From positions 1,012,880 to 1,076,879 of the forward strand of contig JBDKEN010000002.1 in NCBI GenBank assembly GCA_039795225.1: a DNA stretch of 64,000 bases. Reading direction: 5' to 3'. Positions 40,946 through 50,799 of this stretch are shown piece by piece. The notes under the pieces were generated by a model. That model did not search any database. It was given only the letters and a program-made list of their open reading frames with translations, and was not told where the DNA came from. A program made the position numbers and the translations under genes. Source of the DNA: Bacteroidota bacterium (GTDB lineage Bacteria; Bacteroidota; Ignavibacteria; Kapaibacteriales; Kapaibacteriaceae). Numbering within the stretch: the stretch's first letter is position 1; each line of letters begins with the position of its first letter.

Positions 40946-41418
40946 TGGCGCATGTGTCGATTGTTCCGGTTACGCCATCGCGGTTCGACGCGTTGGTCGA
41001 ATTGGTAACTATGCTCGCAGCGTATGAGAGTCTTCAACCTCCGGACGCTGCTGCAACACAACGGTTGTTCTCCGACATTTGCGGTGCTGCGCCTCGAATC
41101 GAGGCAGTCCTGGCGCTTGGCGATGATGGCAAGGCTCTGGGATATGCGATTTACCTGGAAACGTATTCATCGTTTCTAGCGCTGCCGACGATGTACTTGG
41201 AAGATATTTTTGTCCGTGAAGATGCACGGACGCATGGCGTTGGTTCGGCGCTCTTCGATCACGTTGTGGCCCAAGCCCGAAATCGTGGATGTGGACGCGT
41301 GGACTGGCAAGTTCTCGATTGGAATACGCTTGCCCGTGGGTTCTATGAACACCGTGGTGCAGAATGTCAGAGCGAGTGGTTGCTCTATCGAATGAACCTT
41401 ACGGCTGCCCGAGACTAA
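40945..41418 (+). CDS. GNAT-family N-acetyltransferase
   Basis: 157 aa with an acetyl-CoA binding motif (RTHGVGSALFDHVVAQARNRGCGRV). Start overlaps the dsbD stop (TAATG). Confidence 0.75.
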   Translation: MAHVSIVPVTPSRFDALVELVTMLAAYESLQPPDAAATQRLFSDICGAAPRIEAVLALGDDGKALGYAIYLETYSSFLALPTMYLEDIFVREDARTHGVGSALFDHVVAQARNRGCGRVDWQVLDWNTLARGFYEHRGAECQSEWLLYRMNLTAARD

Positions 41419-42289
41419 CGAGCATGTTGTCGATCAGGCGTGTTGAGCCGAGCCGAGCGGCAATGAGCAATGCGATTGTCATTCCCTCACGAACGTTTTC
41501 TGGTGGTCTCAACGCATCAGCATCGACGGCGACGGCATAGTCCAATTCCATGCGTGTGACTGTTGCGAGGGTGTTTCGCATTACCAGCTCAACGCTCGAC
41601 AAGTCGCGTTCCCCACGATGCAGCGCGTCGGCACCGTGGCAAAGCGCTGCGTAGATGATTGGCGCGTCGGCGCGATCCTGTTCCGTCAGGTAGACGTTCC
41701 GTGAGCTCCGCGCCAGACCGTCCTGCTCGCGAATCGTCGGCAGTACACGCACGTTGACGGCGTGAACACAGGGAATTGGTGATTTCTCAACCAATCGCTT
41801 GATCACGAGTGTCTGCTGTAGGTCCTTTTGACCGAAGTAGGCAACAGACGGTTGCATGGCTTCAAATAGGCGAGAGACGACTGTTGCGACGCCGTCAAAA
41901 TGTGTTGGCCGGATCGCCCCTTCCAGAACCTCAGTGACCCCATCGATGTGGATGCTGGATTGTGGTCCACCCGGGTACATCTCCTCGACGCTCGGTACGA
42001 AGACATGCGTGGCTCCAGCTTCGCGCGCGATCGCAAGGTCACGCTCCAGATCGCGAGGGTAGCGAGCAAAGTCTTCGGTTGGACCAAACTGCGTTGGATT
42101 GACGAAGATCGATACGACAACGAAGGGATGGTGTTGCGCTGCTTCGCGGATAAGCGATGCGTGGCCATCGTGGAGATATCCCATCGTTGGTACGCAGCCA
42201 ACAGTCTGCCCAGCTTCTTTGGCGCGCAGCACGACTTCCTGCATTTTCTGAATCGTTTCAATAACGATTGGGTCACGTTTGGCACTCAT
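41399..42289 (-). CDS. panC: pantoate--beta-alanine ligase
   Basis: HIGH-like motif PTMGYLHDGHASL and the rest collinear with PanC. Start taken at M7. Confidence 0.9.
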   Translation of the reverse strand: MSAKRDPIVIETIQKMQEVVLRAKEAGQTVGCVPTMGYLHDGHASLIREAAQHHPFVVVSIFVNPTQFGPTEDFARYPRDLERDLAIAREAGATHVFVPSVEEMYPGGPQSSIHIDGVTEVLEGAIRPTHFDGVATVVSRLFEAMQPSVAYFGQKDLQQTLVIKRLVEKSPIPCVHAVNVRVLPTIREQDGLARSSRNVYLTEQDRADAPIIYAALCHGADALHRGERDLSSVELVMRNTLATVTRMELDYAVAVDADALRPPENVREGMTIALLIAARLGSTRLIDNMLVSLGQP

Positions 42290-42349
42290 GGAGCTCGAAG
42301 ATATCATGAACCTGTCGACATTGACACTCGGGAATGCCTAGATTCGCAG

Positions 42350-43414
42350 ATGTCTTTACCTATTGATCGTGCGGCACAGCCGCGACTCGACGCTGCCGCT
42401 GTTGCGCAGTTGAAACTGACAAACGTCCCGAGTGACCACATGGCCATTGCGGAGTATTCGCACGGGCAGTGGCGCAAAGCACGGATACAGGCATATCGTC
42501 CGATTCCATTTTCGCCTCTTGCACTCGGTCTGCATTATGCGCAAATCGTGTTTGAGGGTATGAAGGCCTATCGCATGGCCGATGGACGGATGGGCGTATT
42601 TCGCACAGACCGGCACCATGCGCGATTCAACCGCTCTCTTGAGCGAATGTTGATGCCAGAGGTCCCATTCGAGCTGTTTTCCGAAGCAATTCATACACTG
42701 GTGGATCTCGACCGCGATTGGATCCCACCCGGCCCGGACTCCTCCTACTACCTGCGTCCGTTTGTGATTGCCACCGAAGAGCGAATAGGGCTGAAGTCAG
42801 CCGATGAATTTTCCTTTATGGTCGTTGGTGGCCCCTTCCGTCCAGTCTATACCAAGCCACTTCGGGTAAAGGTCGAGCGTCATTTTACACGAGCAGCGCA
42901 TGGTGGTACTGGCTATGCAAAGTGCGCCGGTAATTATGCGGCGGCGATGTATCCTACGAAGCTCGCACAAGATGATGGATTTGATCAAGTGATTTGGACC
43001 GATGCCAAGGAGCATGCTTACGTTGAGGAATCGGGAACGATGAACTTGATGTTCCTCTGCGATGGTACCCTGATTACGCCTCCAACAGGAGACACCATCC
43101 TTGATGGCGTAACACGAGATAGCGTGATTCAAATCGCCCAGAGTATGGGAATCGAGGTTGTCGAGCGTCCGATAGAGGTTGATGAAGTCCGGGAGGGCAT
43201 CCGCAAGGGTCGGATCACCGAGGCCTTCGGCGTTGGCACAGCGGCATCAGTTGCACCGATCGGCATCATCTCAATCGATGGTGAAGACCTCGCACTTGAT
43301 GTGCAACCCGAGCGAACCATGTTCGCACTGAAACGTGTACTGAATGATATCCGGTTCGGAAATGTTGCTGATCCGTATGGTTGGATGACCATCGCTGACG
43401 GGATCGCAAGGTAA
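42350..43414 (+). CDS. ilvE: branched-chain amino acid aminotransferase (fold type IV)
   Basis: 354 aa from MSLPIDRAAQ; the listed 504-aa ORF has an N-terminal extension antisense to panC. Catalytic Lys context (GTGYAKCAGNYAAAM) and an E(E)SGTMN block. Confidence 0.85.
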   Translation: MSLPIDRAAQPRLDAAAVAQLKLTNVPSDHMAIAEYSHGQWRKARIQAYRPIPFSPLALGLHYAQIVFEGMKAYRMADGRMGVFRTDRHHARFNRSLERMLMPEVPFELFSEAIHTLVDLDRDWIPPGPDSSYYLRPFVIATEERIGLKSADEFSFMVVGGPFRPVYTKPLRVKVERHFTRAAHGGTGYAKCAGNYAAAMYPTKLAQDDGFDQVIWTDAKEHAYVEESGTMNLMFLCDGTLITPPTGDTILDGVTRDSVIQIAQSMGIEVVERPIEVDEVREGIRKGRITEAFGVGTAASVAPIGIISIDGEDLALDVQPERTMFALKRVLNDIRFGNVADPYGWMTIADGIAR

Positions 43415-43427
43415 GGCGGAGCGTGCG

Positions 43428-45656
43428 ATGGCTGCTGCCCCCTCACCGGTGATACTTCCGCTCCAATACGTCAAGGGTGTCGGCCCACGACGTGCCGAAG
43501 CGCTGGCCAAGGAGGGCATTGTGACCCTGGCTGACGTTATCTACAATGTGCCAAGAGCATACGTCGATCGGTCGGCAGTTGAGAGTATTGCAACGATGTT
43601 GCAACGATACCGAGCTCCAGACCTCTGGTCGGGCTCGGCAGGGTCAGCCGTGCAGGTTACGCGTCAGGTTACCCTTGTCGCCACGCTTGCTGATGTGCGG
43701 AAACGGACAGTAGGCAAGGGGCGGACGATGTTGTCGGCAACACTTCACGACGGTTCTGGCGTTTCCATGCGGCTGCTGTTCTGGAGTGGGTTGGCATACT
43801 ATGAACGGGTCCTCAAACCCGGAGCAACCTTCGTCGTGCACGGCGTGCCGTCGTACGATCCGCGATGGGCAGAGCTTAGTATGCATCATCCGGAGTTGGA
43901 GGAGATCGATCCAGAGGAGATTGAGCAGTACAGTTTAGGAAGTATCCTTCCTCGATACCGGATGACGCAGGGGCTACGCACGGCTGGAATAACCATGCGT
44001 ATCATGCGTGCAATTGCCGATTATGCACTTGAGCATGGGTTGTCGGACATTCATGATCCAGTTCCGGCAACTTTACGAAATCAGCATCAGCTAATGCCGC
44101 AGCACGAAGCACTCCGGCAGTTGCACGCGCCAACATCACTCGTGATGGTTGAGCGCGCTCGACATCGCATGAAGTATGAGGAGCTTCTGGTCTTCGAGGT
44201 CCACCTTGCCGCAAGGCGAGCCTCACGTAAACGTCCTGAACGTGGTCTGCCAATGCAGGCGCAGAGTCCTCGTGCACGTGCTATTGTTGAGTCATTGCCG
44301 TATGACTTGACATCGGCCCAAAAACGCGTCATTCGTGAGATCATTGCTGATATGACCAGTGGAACTCCGATGAATCGACTGTTGCAGGGAGACGTTGGCT
44401 CGGGTAAGACGATCGTAGCCCTGCTGTGCATGCTGAGTGCGGTTGATAATGGTTATCAGGCCGTACTTATGGCTCCAACGGAGATCCTTGCTGAACAGCA
44501 TTTTCACGGCATTCGAAAACTGCTCGGAAGTGATGCCTCCGTCGGTATCGCGCAGCTTGTTGGCGCGCAGCGCAGTGCTGCTCGTCGTCACGCAGTAGAA
44601 AGAATCGAATCAGGAGAGGCGCAGATTGTCATCGGAACCCACGCTCTTTTTGAGGCGGACGTACGGTATACGAAGCTCGGACTCATTGTCATTGACGAGC
44701 AGCATCGATTCGGAGTTGCGCAACGGAAAGAGCTTCGGCGCATGGGTCAGTCATCGCATGGTGATCACATGCGAACCCCGCACGTACTTGTGATGTCGGC
44801 GACTCCGATTCCGAGAACACTCGCCATGACGTTGTATGGTGATCTCGATGCATCGGTGATCGATGAGATGCCGGCAAATCGTAAGCCAATCATCACGAAT
44901 GTTGTGTTCGAATCGAATCTTGGCTCAACGTTTGAATTCATCCGCCAGGAAGTTCGAAAGGGTCGCCAAGCATATATCGTCTATCCGCTGGTCGAGAAGA
45001 GTGAAAAAGTGCAGGCGAAAAGTGCAGTCGAACACTATGAATGGCTCTGTACCGAGGTGTTCCCCGATTTACGGATCGGGCTGCTTCATGGTCAAATGCA
45101 ATGGAATGAGAAGGACGAAGTTATGCGCTCATTCCTTGCCAAGGAGTTTGACGTTCTTGTGTCGACAACGGTAATTGAAGTGGGCATCGACGTACCAAAT
45201 GCGTCGGTAATGTTGATTGAGAATGCTGAACGTTTTGGACTGTCTCAGCTCCACCAGCTGCGGGGACGAGTGGGCCGTGGTAGTGAGCAGTCGTACTGTT
45301 TGCTCGCAACAAAAGATCACTTCCGCTATCAGGTATCAAAGGGCGGCTCGGCTGAAGATGCGATGGCCTCTGTTGTGCGGTTGCGGACAATGGAAGAGAC
45401 TACCGATGGTTTTCGTGTAGCTGAAGTGGATCTCCAGCTTCGCGGTCCTGGGGATGTGATGGGAACCCGACAGTCAGGAATCCCAGAGTTTCGTTTTGCC
45501 GATCTCGTCGGTGATGCATCGGTGATTGCGCTCACGCGATCCGATGCCCAGAAGCTTCTCGCAGCCGATCCTCACCTGCGATCGCAGGAGCATGCAACGT
45601 TGCGTGAGAACGTGGTTCGGCTCTTTGACGAAGGGGGCTTGATCGCTGTGGCGTAG
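43428..45656 (+). CDS. recG: ATP-dependent DNA helicase RecG
   Basis: 742 aa with an N-terminal wedge domain and SF2 helicase motifs (GDVGSGKT, DEQHRFGV, TATPIPRTL, QLRGRVGRG). Confidence 0.9.
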   Translation: MAAAPSPVILPLQYVKGVGPRRAEALAKEGIVTLADVIYNVPRAYVDRSAVESIATMLQRYRAPDLWSGSAGSAVQVTRQVTLVATLADVRKRTVGKGRTMLSATLHDGSGVSMRLLFWSGLAYYERVLKPGATFVVHGVPSYDPRWAELSMHHPELEEIDPEEIEQYSLGSILPRYRMTQGLRTAGITMRIMRAIADYALEHGLSDIHDPVPATLRNQHQLMPQHEALRQLHAPTSLVMVERARHRMKYEELLVFEVHLAARRASRKRPERGLPMQAQSPRARAIVESLPYDLTSAQKRVIREIIADMTSGTPMNRLLQGDVGSGKTIVALLCMLSAVDNGYQAVLMAPTEILAEQHFHGIRKLLGSDASVGIAQLVGAQRSAARRHAVERIESGEAQIVIGTHALFEADVRYTKLGLIVIDEQHRFGVAQRKELRRMGQSSHGDHMRTPHVLVMSATPIPRTLAMTLYGDLDASVIDEMPANRKPIITNVVFESNLGSTFEFIRQEVRKGRQAYIVYPLVEKSEKVQAKSAVEHYEWLCTEVFPDLRIGLLHGQMQWNEKDEVMRSFLAKEFDVLVSTTVIEVGIDVPNASVMLIENAERFGLSQLHQLRGRVGRGSEQSYCLLATKDHFRYQVSKGGSAEDAMASVVRLRTMEETTDGFRVAEVDLQLRGPGDVMGTRQSGIPEFRFADLVGDASVIALTRSDAQKLLAADPHLRSQEHATLRENVVRLFDEGGLIAVA

Positions 45657-45660
45657 TTTT

Positions 45661-46344
45661 GTGAACATGTCAATACAGCCATCACCATCAACGTCACTCG
45701 CCGTTAACGAGATTTTCCTCTCCATTCAAGGTGAGGGTACTCGCGCAGGCATGCCATGTCTGTTTATCCGACTGCAAGGATGTCGGTTGCGTTGCACGTG
45801 GTGCGATACTCCGTATGCTCTCGATCATCGTCAGCCATCGCGGTGGATGACATGGGAGGAAGTTCTCGCTGAGGTACAGCGGGTGAATTGCAACTTCATC
45901 GAGTTTACGGGTGGTGAGCCCCTTGAACAGCCAGCAGTGGTTCCGATGATGCATCGTTTATGCGACCTCGGCTATACCGTAGCGGTGGAAACCGGCGGGC
46001 ATGTTGATATCAGTAATGTAGATCCGCGAGTCATTCGCATCATCGATGTAAAGTGTCCCGACTCTAAAATGTCGTCTCTTAATCGACTCGAAAACTTGAA
46101 GGAACTGCGACTCGACGATGAGATCAAATTTGTGATTTCATCTCGCGCCGATTACGAGTTTGCAAGAGCAATTGTCAAGGAATACAATCTCGAGCAGCGG
46201 GTGATGGCTGTGTTAATGTCCTGTGTTTTTGGTACGCTGCCGTTTGTTACCCTTGTCGAATGGATCCTTGAGGATCGTCTTCAAGTTCGCTTCCAGCTCC
46301 AACTTCACAAGTTTGTCTGGTCTCCAGAAACCCGGGGTGTGTAG
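45661..46344 (+). CDS. queE: 7-carboxy-7-deazaguanine synthase (radical SAM)
   Basis: 227 aa with a QueE-type Cx14CxxC radical-SAM cluster (CLFIRLQGCRLRCTWCDTPY). Confidence 0.85.
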   Translation: MNMSIQPSPSTSLAVNEIFLSIQGEGTRAGMPCLFIRLQGCRLRCTWCDTPYALDHRQPSRWMTWEEVLAEVQRVNCNFIEFTGGEPLEQPAVVPMMHRLCDLGYTVAVETGGHVDISNVDPRVIRIIDVKCPDSKMSSLNRLENLKELRLDDEIKFVISSRADYEFARAIVKEYNLEQRVMAVLMSCVFGTLPFVTLVEWILEDRLQVRFQLQLHKFVWSPETRGV

Positions 46345-46347
46345 TTC

Positions 46348-47208
46348 ATGATCAGGCCATTGATTCGTCAGAAGGTTCGTTGGCTGACAGGGTTAGCAGT
46401 GCTGCTACTGACGCACGGGATCATGATCGGTCAAGCCGCCGGCGTTATTGTCGAGCCCGAGCCGTACGGTGCCTGTAATTCCGACGCTGACGATTACGCA
46501 CCCATTGTCGATGTTGATGGGGCGTCGATTGTCTTTACCTCGGAGCGAAGTGGTATAGCGCAGATTTACCAGTGCCGAGGGCAAGAAGCTCCACAACGGA
46601 TTTCAGGATCGCTGAATCAATCGGGTGAGGCTTGTGCGTTTGCAAGTTTCAGGCCAGATGGCGAGGGATTCGCAGCTGTCTATGCCTCGCACCACGACCA
46701 GAGTTATGCCTCAATTGTTGCGATTACGCGTTCGAAGGCCTCATTGGATCGTGGTCTGCCCCTTGTGACAACGAATGGTCGATTTTTTACATCCCATCCT
46801 TCGATTTCTCCTGATGGGACGCGTCTTGTTTACGTTAGTGATCGACCAGGGGGCTCTGGGGGACTCGATCTGTGGATGATCGAACGCCAGCTCGACGGTA
46901 CGTGGTCTGTGCCATCCCTTGTGGCCGAAGCCCTTTCATCGCCGGGAGATGAAATCACTCCCGTCTTGATCGCCAGTGATACACTCCTGTTTGCCTCTGA
47001 TGGCATGGGAGGACGTGGCGGATTTGATGTCTACCAAACGGTTTATCGTAACGGTCGCTGGGATGACCCTGTGCCAATCGACGCGATCAATACGGCGTAC
47101 GATGAGAGCGATGCCCGGACACTACCAGACGGCTCAATGATCTATGCAACAAATCGTCCTGGCGGGCAGGGCGGACTTGACTTATGGGTCTGGAAGCAAG
47201 GACCGTAA
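46348..47208 (+). CDS. TolB-like periplasmic protein with WD40-like (PD40) beta-propeller repeats
   Basis: 286 aa with a signal peptide and four PD40 repeats (DDYAPIV..DG..IVFTSERSG; SISPDGTRLVYVSDRPGGSGGLDLWM; etc.). Confidence 0.7.
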   Translation: MIRPLIRQKVRWLTGLAVLLLTHGIMIGQAAGVIVEPEPYGACNSDADDYAPIVDVDGASIVFTSERSGIAQIYQCRGQEAPQRISGSLNQSGEACAFASFRPDGEGFAAVYASHHDQSYASIVAITRSKASLDRGLPLVTTNGRFFTSHPSISPDGTRLVYVSDRPGGSGGLDLWMIERQLDGTWSVPSLVAEALSSPGDEITPVLIASDTLLFASDGMGGRGGFDVYQTVYRNGRWDDPVPIDAINTAYDESDARTLPDGSMIYATNRPGGQGGLDLWVWKQGP

Positions 47209-47213
47209 CGAGC

Positions 47214-47990
47214 TCAGTTGGTCGGTGACCAGGACTTGGCTGTCTGGGTGAAGCCAGGAATCGCCTGTGTTGATGAGCCCAGAAGGGCACCAGCTGCTCC
47301 GAGGTTGACAACTGCAGCAGCCTGCTCGGTTTTTACGACACCTACACCATCGGCAAACCAAATCGTCCGAACCAGGCCGATTGGTACCGAGATGACCGTC
47401 GCACCAATCGACGCGTAGAGCGTTGCATCGAGATTCAACTGGACTTTACGAGTTGAGAGTTTCGTAGTGCCGATCGTAACCTGCTCATTCCCAAGCGGCT
47501 TTCCGGTAAAGTTGAGCGCACCAGAAAGCTTGGCTCCTGGAAGGACCGGAAAGTCAAACGGAGCGATTGTGTCCTTTAGGGCTGTCCAGGTCGAGGCGTT
47601 GAAGTCTGCAATCGTCACCATCTTTCGGCCAAGGTCGAGAACAACCGACTGGATGTCATACCGGATGGGGAAGTCTTGCATCACGATGCTACCGTTCTGC
47701 ATCATGATAACGGTGTCCGTTACTGCGCCATCGACGTAGACGTGAGCAACAGATCGTTCAACACCGTTGGTACTCGAACGTTCAACAACAACGGTGCTGT
47801 CGTCGGGAGCATCGGCATTCGTTGTCTGCTTCGTAGCGGCATCAATGGCAACGTCCACATTGGAGTGAGTGACGTAGCTGCCTGACGGGCGGATGTAGGC
47901 ACCAACAGGCTCGGGTGTCGTTGTGGAATCGCTGCACGACGAAACAAGCAGCGCTGCAGAAAGGAGTCCGAGTAACAGAGGCGTGCGCAT
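47214..47990 (-). CDS. hypothetical lipoprotein
   Basis: 258 aa with a signal peptide and lipobox LLVSSCS. Thr/Val/Gly-rich. No known domain. Confidence 0.55.
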   Translation of the reverse strand: MRTPLLLGLLSAALLVSSCSDSTTTPEPVGAYIRPSGSYVTHSNVDVAIDAATKQTTNADAPDDSTVVVERSSTNGVERSVAHVYVDGAVTDTVIMMQNGSIVMQDFPIRYDIQSVVLDLGRKMVTIADFNASTWTALKDTIAPFDFPVLPGAKLSGALNFTGKPLGNEQVTIGTTKLSTRKVQLNLDATLYASIGATVISVPIGLVRTIWFADGVGVVKTEQAAAVVNLGAAGALLGSSTQAIPGFTQTAKSWSPTN

Positions 47991-48044
47991 GCGTTCTCCT
48001 GCGGGGCCCTAGCGGGCGGTATCTGAGTAACGTCAGTGACGGAG

Positions 48045-48126
48045 CGGAGGGCGAGGGACTCGAACCCCCACAGGATCTCTCCCGGCTGTTTTCAAGACAG
48101 CTGCAATACCATTATGCGAGCCCTCC
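48045..48126 (-). tRNA. tRNA-Ser (anticodon UGA), class II with long variable arm
   Basis: Reverse complement folds into a perfect 7-bp acceptor stem (GGAGGGC/GCCCUCC), 3-bp D-stem with GG in the loop, anticodon stem GCUGU/ACAGC with loop CUUGAAA (U33, anticodon UGA, A37), a 15-nt variable arm with a 5-bp stem, and a T-arm with TTCGAGT. CCA is not encoded. Confidence 0.8.
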
Positions 48127-48163
48127 GTCGCGAGAGCAGTGCGAATCTACGAAAATTGATTCG

Positions 48164-49213
48164 TCACTCAATAACATCATTCACAACATCTCGACTTCTG
48201 GCGTATGCGGAAGGGTCGATCTGCAAGAATTCCAGAACTGTTGATGCAAAAATCTGTTGTTTGGACGCAAGTGACAGATCTGGCATGTCCTCAATGAACT
48301 TGCCGTGTTCAAGATCGCCCAGCGGGAACGGGTAGTCAGTCCCGTAGGCAATCTTGTCCTCACCCATCAGAGCAATGAGGTAGCGAAGGGCATCGGCATT
48401 GTGAGTGATTGAGTCCACCCAGAAACGGCCGATGTACTTCGCCGGATCCTCGACGCCATTGATGGCGCAAAGATCGGGTCGCGCGTGATACCCATGTGAA
48501 ATGCGCCCAATCGTGAAGGGGAACGAGCCCCCTGCGTGCGAAAACATTACTCGCAGATTGGGAAAACGATCAAAGACGCCGCCAAAGATCATTGAAGTCA
48601 TGGAGAGTGTCGTTTCTGCGGGCATGCCAACAAGCCACTGTTGGAAGTACCGTGAGGCGCGATCAGAGCCCATCATCTCCCATGGATGCACAAAGATCCC
48701 TGCACCAAGACGCTCAGCTTCGGCCCAGAAGGGATCCAACGAGCGATCATCGAGGTTCATCCCATTGATGTTTGTGCCAATTTCCACACCTCGGAACCCC
48801 AGTTCACTGACGCATCGGTGGAGTTCCTGGATGGCAAGGTCGATATCCTGCATCGGAAGGGTAGCCAGCCCAATGAACCTCTCCGGATGGTCGGCCACGA
48901 CGCCGGCGAGATGATCGTTGAGAAACCGACACCAATCCAATCCGTCGTGAGGTTTTGCCCAGTAGGAGAAGAGCACGGGGACTGTGCAGAGGACCATGAC
49001 GTCCACGCCATGGTCGTCCATGTCGCGCAGGATTACTTCCGGATTCCAGCAGTTTTCGTCAATGTCTCTGAAGAAGACACCATCGTCTCGCATCATGCGA
49101 GCTTTGCCTGGAGCAAAGTGGTCGAGAACGATGAAACCGCCGTAGCCGAATTTATCCTTGAGGGAGGGCCAACGCTCTGGAAGGATGTGAGCGTGACAAT
49201 CAATCTTGAGCAT
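48164..49213 (-). CDS. 2-amino-3-carboxymuconate-6-semialdehyde decarboxylase (amidohydrolase_2 family)
   Basis: 349 aa with the metal-binding HAH start (MLKIDCHAHILPE) and downstream His/Asp ligands. Collinear with ACMSD/NbaD enzymes. Confidence 0.8.
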   Translation of the reverse strand: MLKIDCHAHILPERWPSLKDKFGYGGFIVLDHFAPGKARMMRDDGVFFRDIDENCWNPEVILRDMDDHGVDVMVLCTVPVLFSYWAKPHDGLDWCRFLNDHLAGVVADHPERFIGLATLPMQDIDLAIQELHRCVSELGFRGVEIGTNINGMNLDDRSLDPFWAEAERLGAGIFVHPWEMMGSDRASRYFQQWLVGMPAETTLSMTSMIFGGVFDRFPNLRVMFSHAGGSFPFTIGRISHGYHARPDLCAINGVEDPAKYIGRFWVDSITHNADALRYLIALMGEDKIAYGTDYPFPLGDLEHGKFIEDMPDLSLASKQQIFASTVLEFLQIDPSAYARSRDVVNDVIE

Positions 49214-49219
49214 ACAGAC

Positions 49220-49741
49220 TTACTTCTTTTCCGGTGGCTCAAGAACTGTACCGCACGATTTGCATGTCCGATGTTCGAGATTCGACCAGAACCGCTCGAA
49301 GATTGGCGGGAGCTGCGAGACAATGTCGGTTAGCGGCAGGAATTCTTCGTAGAGTTTCGTACCACAGGATTCACAGAACCACATGAACGCATCGAGTTCC
49401 TGCGTGGTGCGCTTGCGCTCGATTACCAAGCCGACGGTGTCAGCAGGGCGCCGAGGAGAGTGTGGCGTGCGAGGGGGGAGGAGAAACATTTCCCCTTGTT
49501 TAATGTGAATGTCGCGCGGCACACCTTCGTCGATAATCTTCACCGTGATATCACCTTCGATCTGCAGGAAGAGTTCTTCACCCTCGTTGTAGTGATAGTC
49601 TTTCCGGGCGTTAGGACCGCCAACAACCATCACGATGAACTCTGTGTCCTCGTAGACCTTGGCGTTACCAACGGGTGGTTTTAGAAGATGACGATGGTCG
49701 TCGATCCACGCCTGTAGCGGGAAAGGGGCTTGAATTGCCAT
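49220..49741 (-). CDS. 3-hydroxyanthranilate 3,4-dioxygenase (cupin)
   Basis: 174 aa from the internal Met (MAIQAPFPLQAWIDDHRHLL). Cupin Fe ligands and C-terminal rubredoxin-like CxxC...CxxC. The longer listed ORF would overlap the divergent SDR gene. Confidence 0.8.
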   Translation of the reverse strand: MAIQAPFPLQAWIDDHRHLLKPPVGNAKVYEDTEFIVMVVGGPNARKDYHYNEGEELFLQIEGDITVKIIDEGVPRDIHIKQGEMFLLPPRTPHSPRRPADTVGLVIERKRTTQELDAFMWFCESCGTKLYEEFLPLTDIVSQLPPIFERFWSNLEHRTCKSCGTVLEPPEKK

Positions 49742-49803
49742 AGGTGGTCCTCGAGGAGTTGGTACTTTTGCAGCCAACAAAGCTACAAATCGGAGCGCAA
49801 CAC

Positions 49804-50595
49804 ATGAATCTTGATCTACGCGGTAAGGTGGCACTGGTTTGCGGTGCATCGAAGGGGATAGGAAAGGCGACGGCGCATGAGCTGGCCACGAACGGTGCAA
49901 CAGTTGTAGCACTGGCACGAAGTGCAGACCTTCTGCGCAACGTTGTAGCAGAGCTTCCTCGTCCATCTGGTGCCGATCACCAAGCATTAGCTGTTGACCT
50001 GGCGCAGGAAAGTGAGTACCTCACAGCTGTGCATAATATTGTGGATATCGTTGGTCCAATCCAGATTCTTGTCAATAACACCGCGGGCCCTGCAGCCGGA
50101 GCATTGCGTCATAGTACGGTTGATGCTCTTCGCCAAGCCTTTGAAAATCATATTCTTGTAGCCCAGCGCTTAATGTCGGCAATCGTGCCGTATATGGAAC
50201 AGTCCGGCTACGGTCGCATTATTAACATCGTTTCCACATCGGTGAAACAGCCCATTGAGGGGCTCGGTGTCAGTAATACAATCCGGGGAGCCATGTCGAG
50301 TTGGTCGAAAACGCTTGCCACTGAACTCGCACCCCATGGGATCACGGTGAACAATGTTCTTCCTGGTGCGACACAGACCGAGCGACTGGAATCGATCATT
50401 GAGCGAAATGCCTTTGCCTCGGGCAGATCACGGGCCGAGGTCGCAGATCAGATGGTTGCTGAGATACCGATGCGGCGCTTTGCCGATCCTTCTGAAATTG
50501 CGAATGCCGTTGCATTCCTTGCCTCTCCGGCAGCCTCTTACATAACAGGCACGAGTATCCTGGTTGATGGTGGCCGCACAAAGGCTCTAAGCTGA
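49804..50595 (+). CDS. SDR-family NAD(P)-dependent oxidoreductase
   Basis: Rossmann motif (LVCGASKGIGKA) and a catalytic Y-x3-K context. Start at MNLDLRGKVAL. Confidence 0.8.
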   Translation: MNLDLRGKVALVCGASKGIGKATAHELATNGATVVALARSADLLRNVVAELPRPSGADHQALAVDLAQESEYLTAVHNIVDIVGPIQILVNNTAGPAAGALRHSTVDALRQAFENHILVAQRLMSAIVPYMEQSGYGRIINIVSTSVKQPIEGLGVSNTIRGAMSSWSKTLATELAPHGITVNNVLPGATQTERLESIIERNAFASGRSRAEVADQMVAEIPMRRFADPSEIANAVAFLASPAASYITGTSILVDGGRTKALS

Positions 50596-50694
50596 TTCCA
50601 CCACCATTCACACAATTCACATTCTGTTGATAACCTGTGTGCAAATCTTCGTGCGCAACGCATCTTTCCACTTGCATCGATTCTGCGCGTCAGC

Positions 50695-50702
50695 TACATT
50701 TG
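50695..50702 (+). promoter_or_regulatory. candidate -7 promoter element (TACATTTG) for ftsQAZ
   Basis: Matches TAnnTTTG with a TTG about 21 nt upstream. Sits in the 205-bp AT-rich intergenic region, roughly 100-200 nt before the ftsQ start. Confidence 0.25.
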
Positions 50703-50799
50703 TCGAATCAGTAACTCGTTGTTTTTATGACATGATATGATCTCTTTGAGAGATTTTTATCAACGCTGTTGCTCGACATTTTTGCACACTATCAACATA

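Noticed and set aside
41900-42349. N-terminal 150-aa extension of the 504-aa ORF upstream of ilvE
   Set aside because: It is antisense to almost all of panC and has no similarity to aminotransferases. Aminotransferase homology starts at MSLPIDRAAQ (42350), which gives a normal 354-aa IlvE.
45661-46344. queE as part of a 7-deazaguanine DNA-modification (Dpd-like) defence cluster
   Set aside because: No queC, queD, folE, dpdA-like transglycosylase or helicase/nuclease partners are adjacent. The neighbours are recG and a TolB-like protein, so ordinary queuosine biosynthesis is the better reading.
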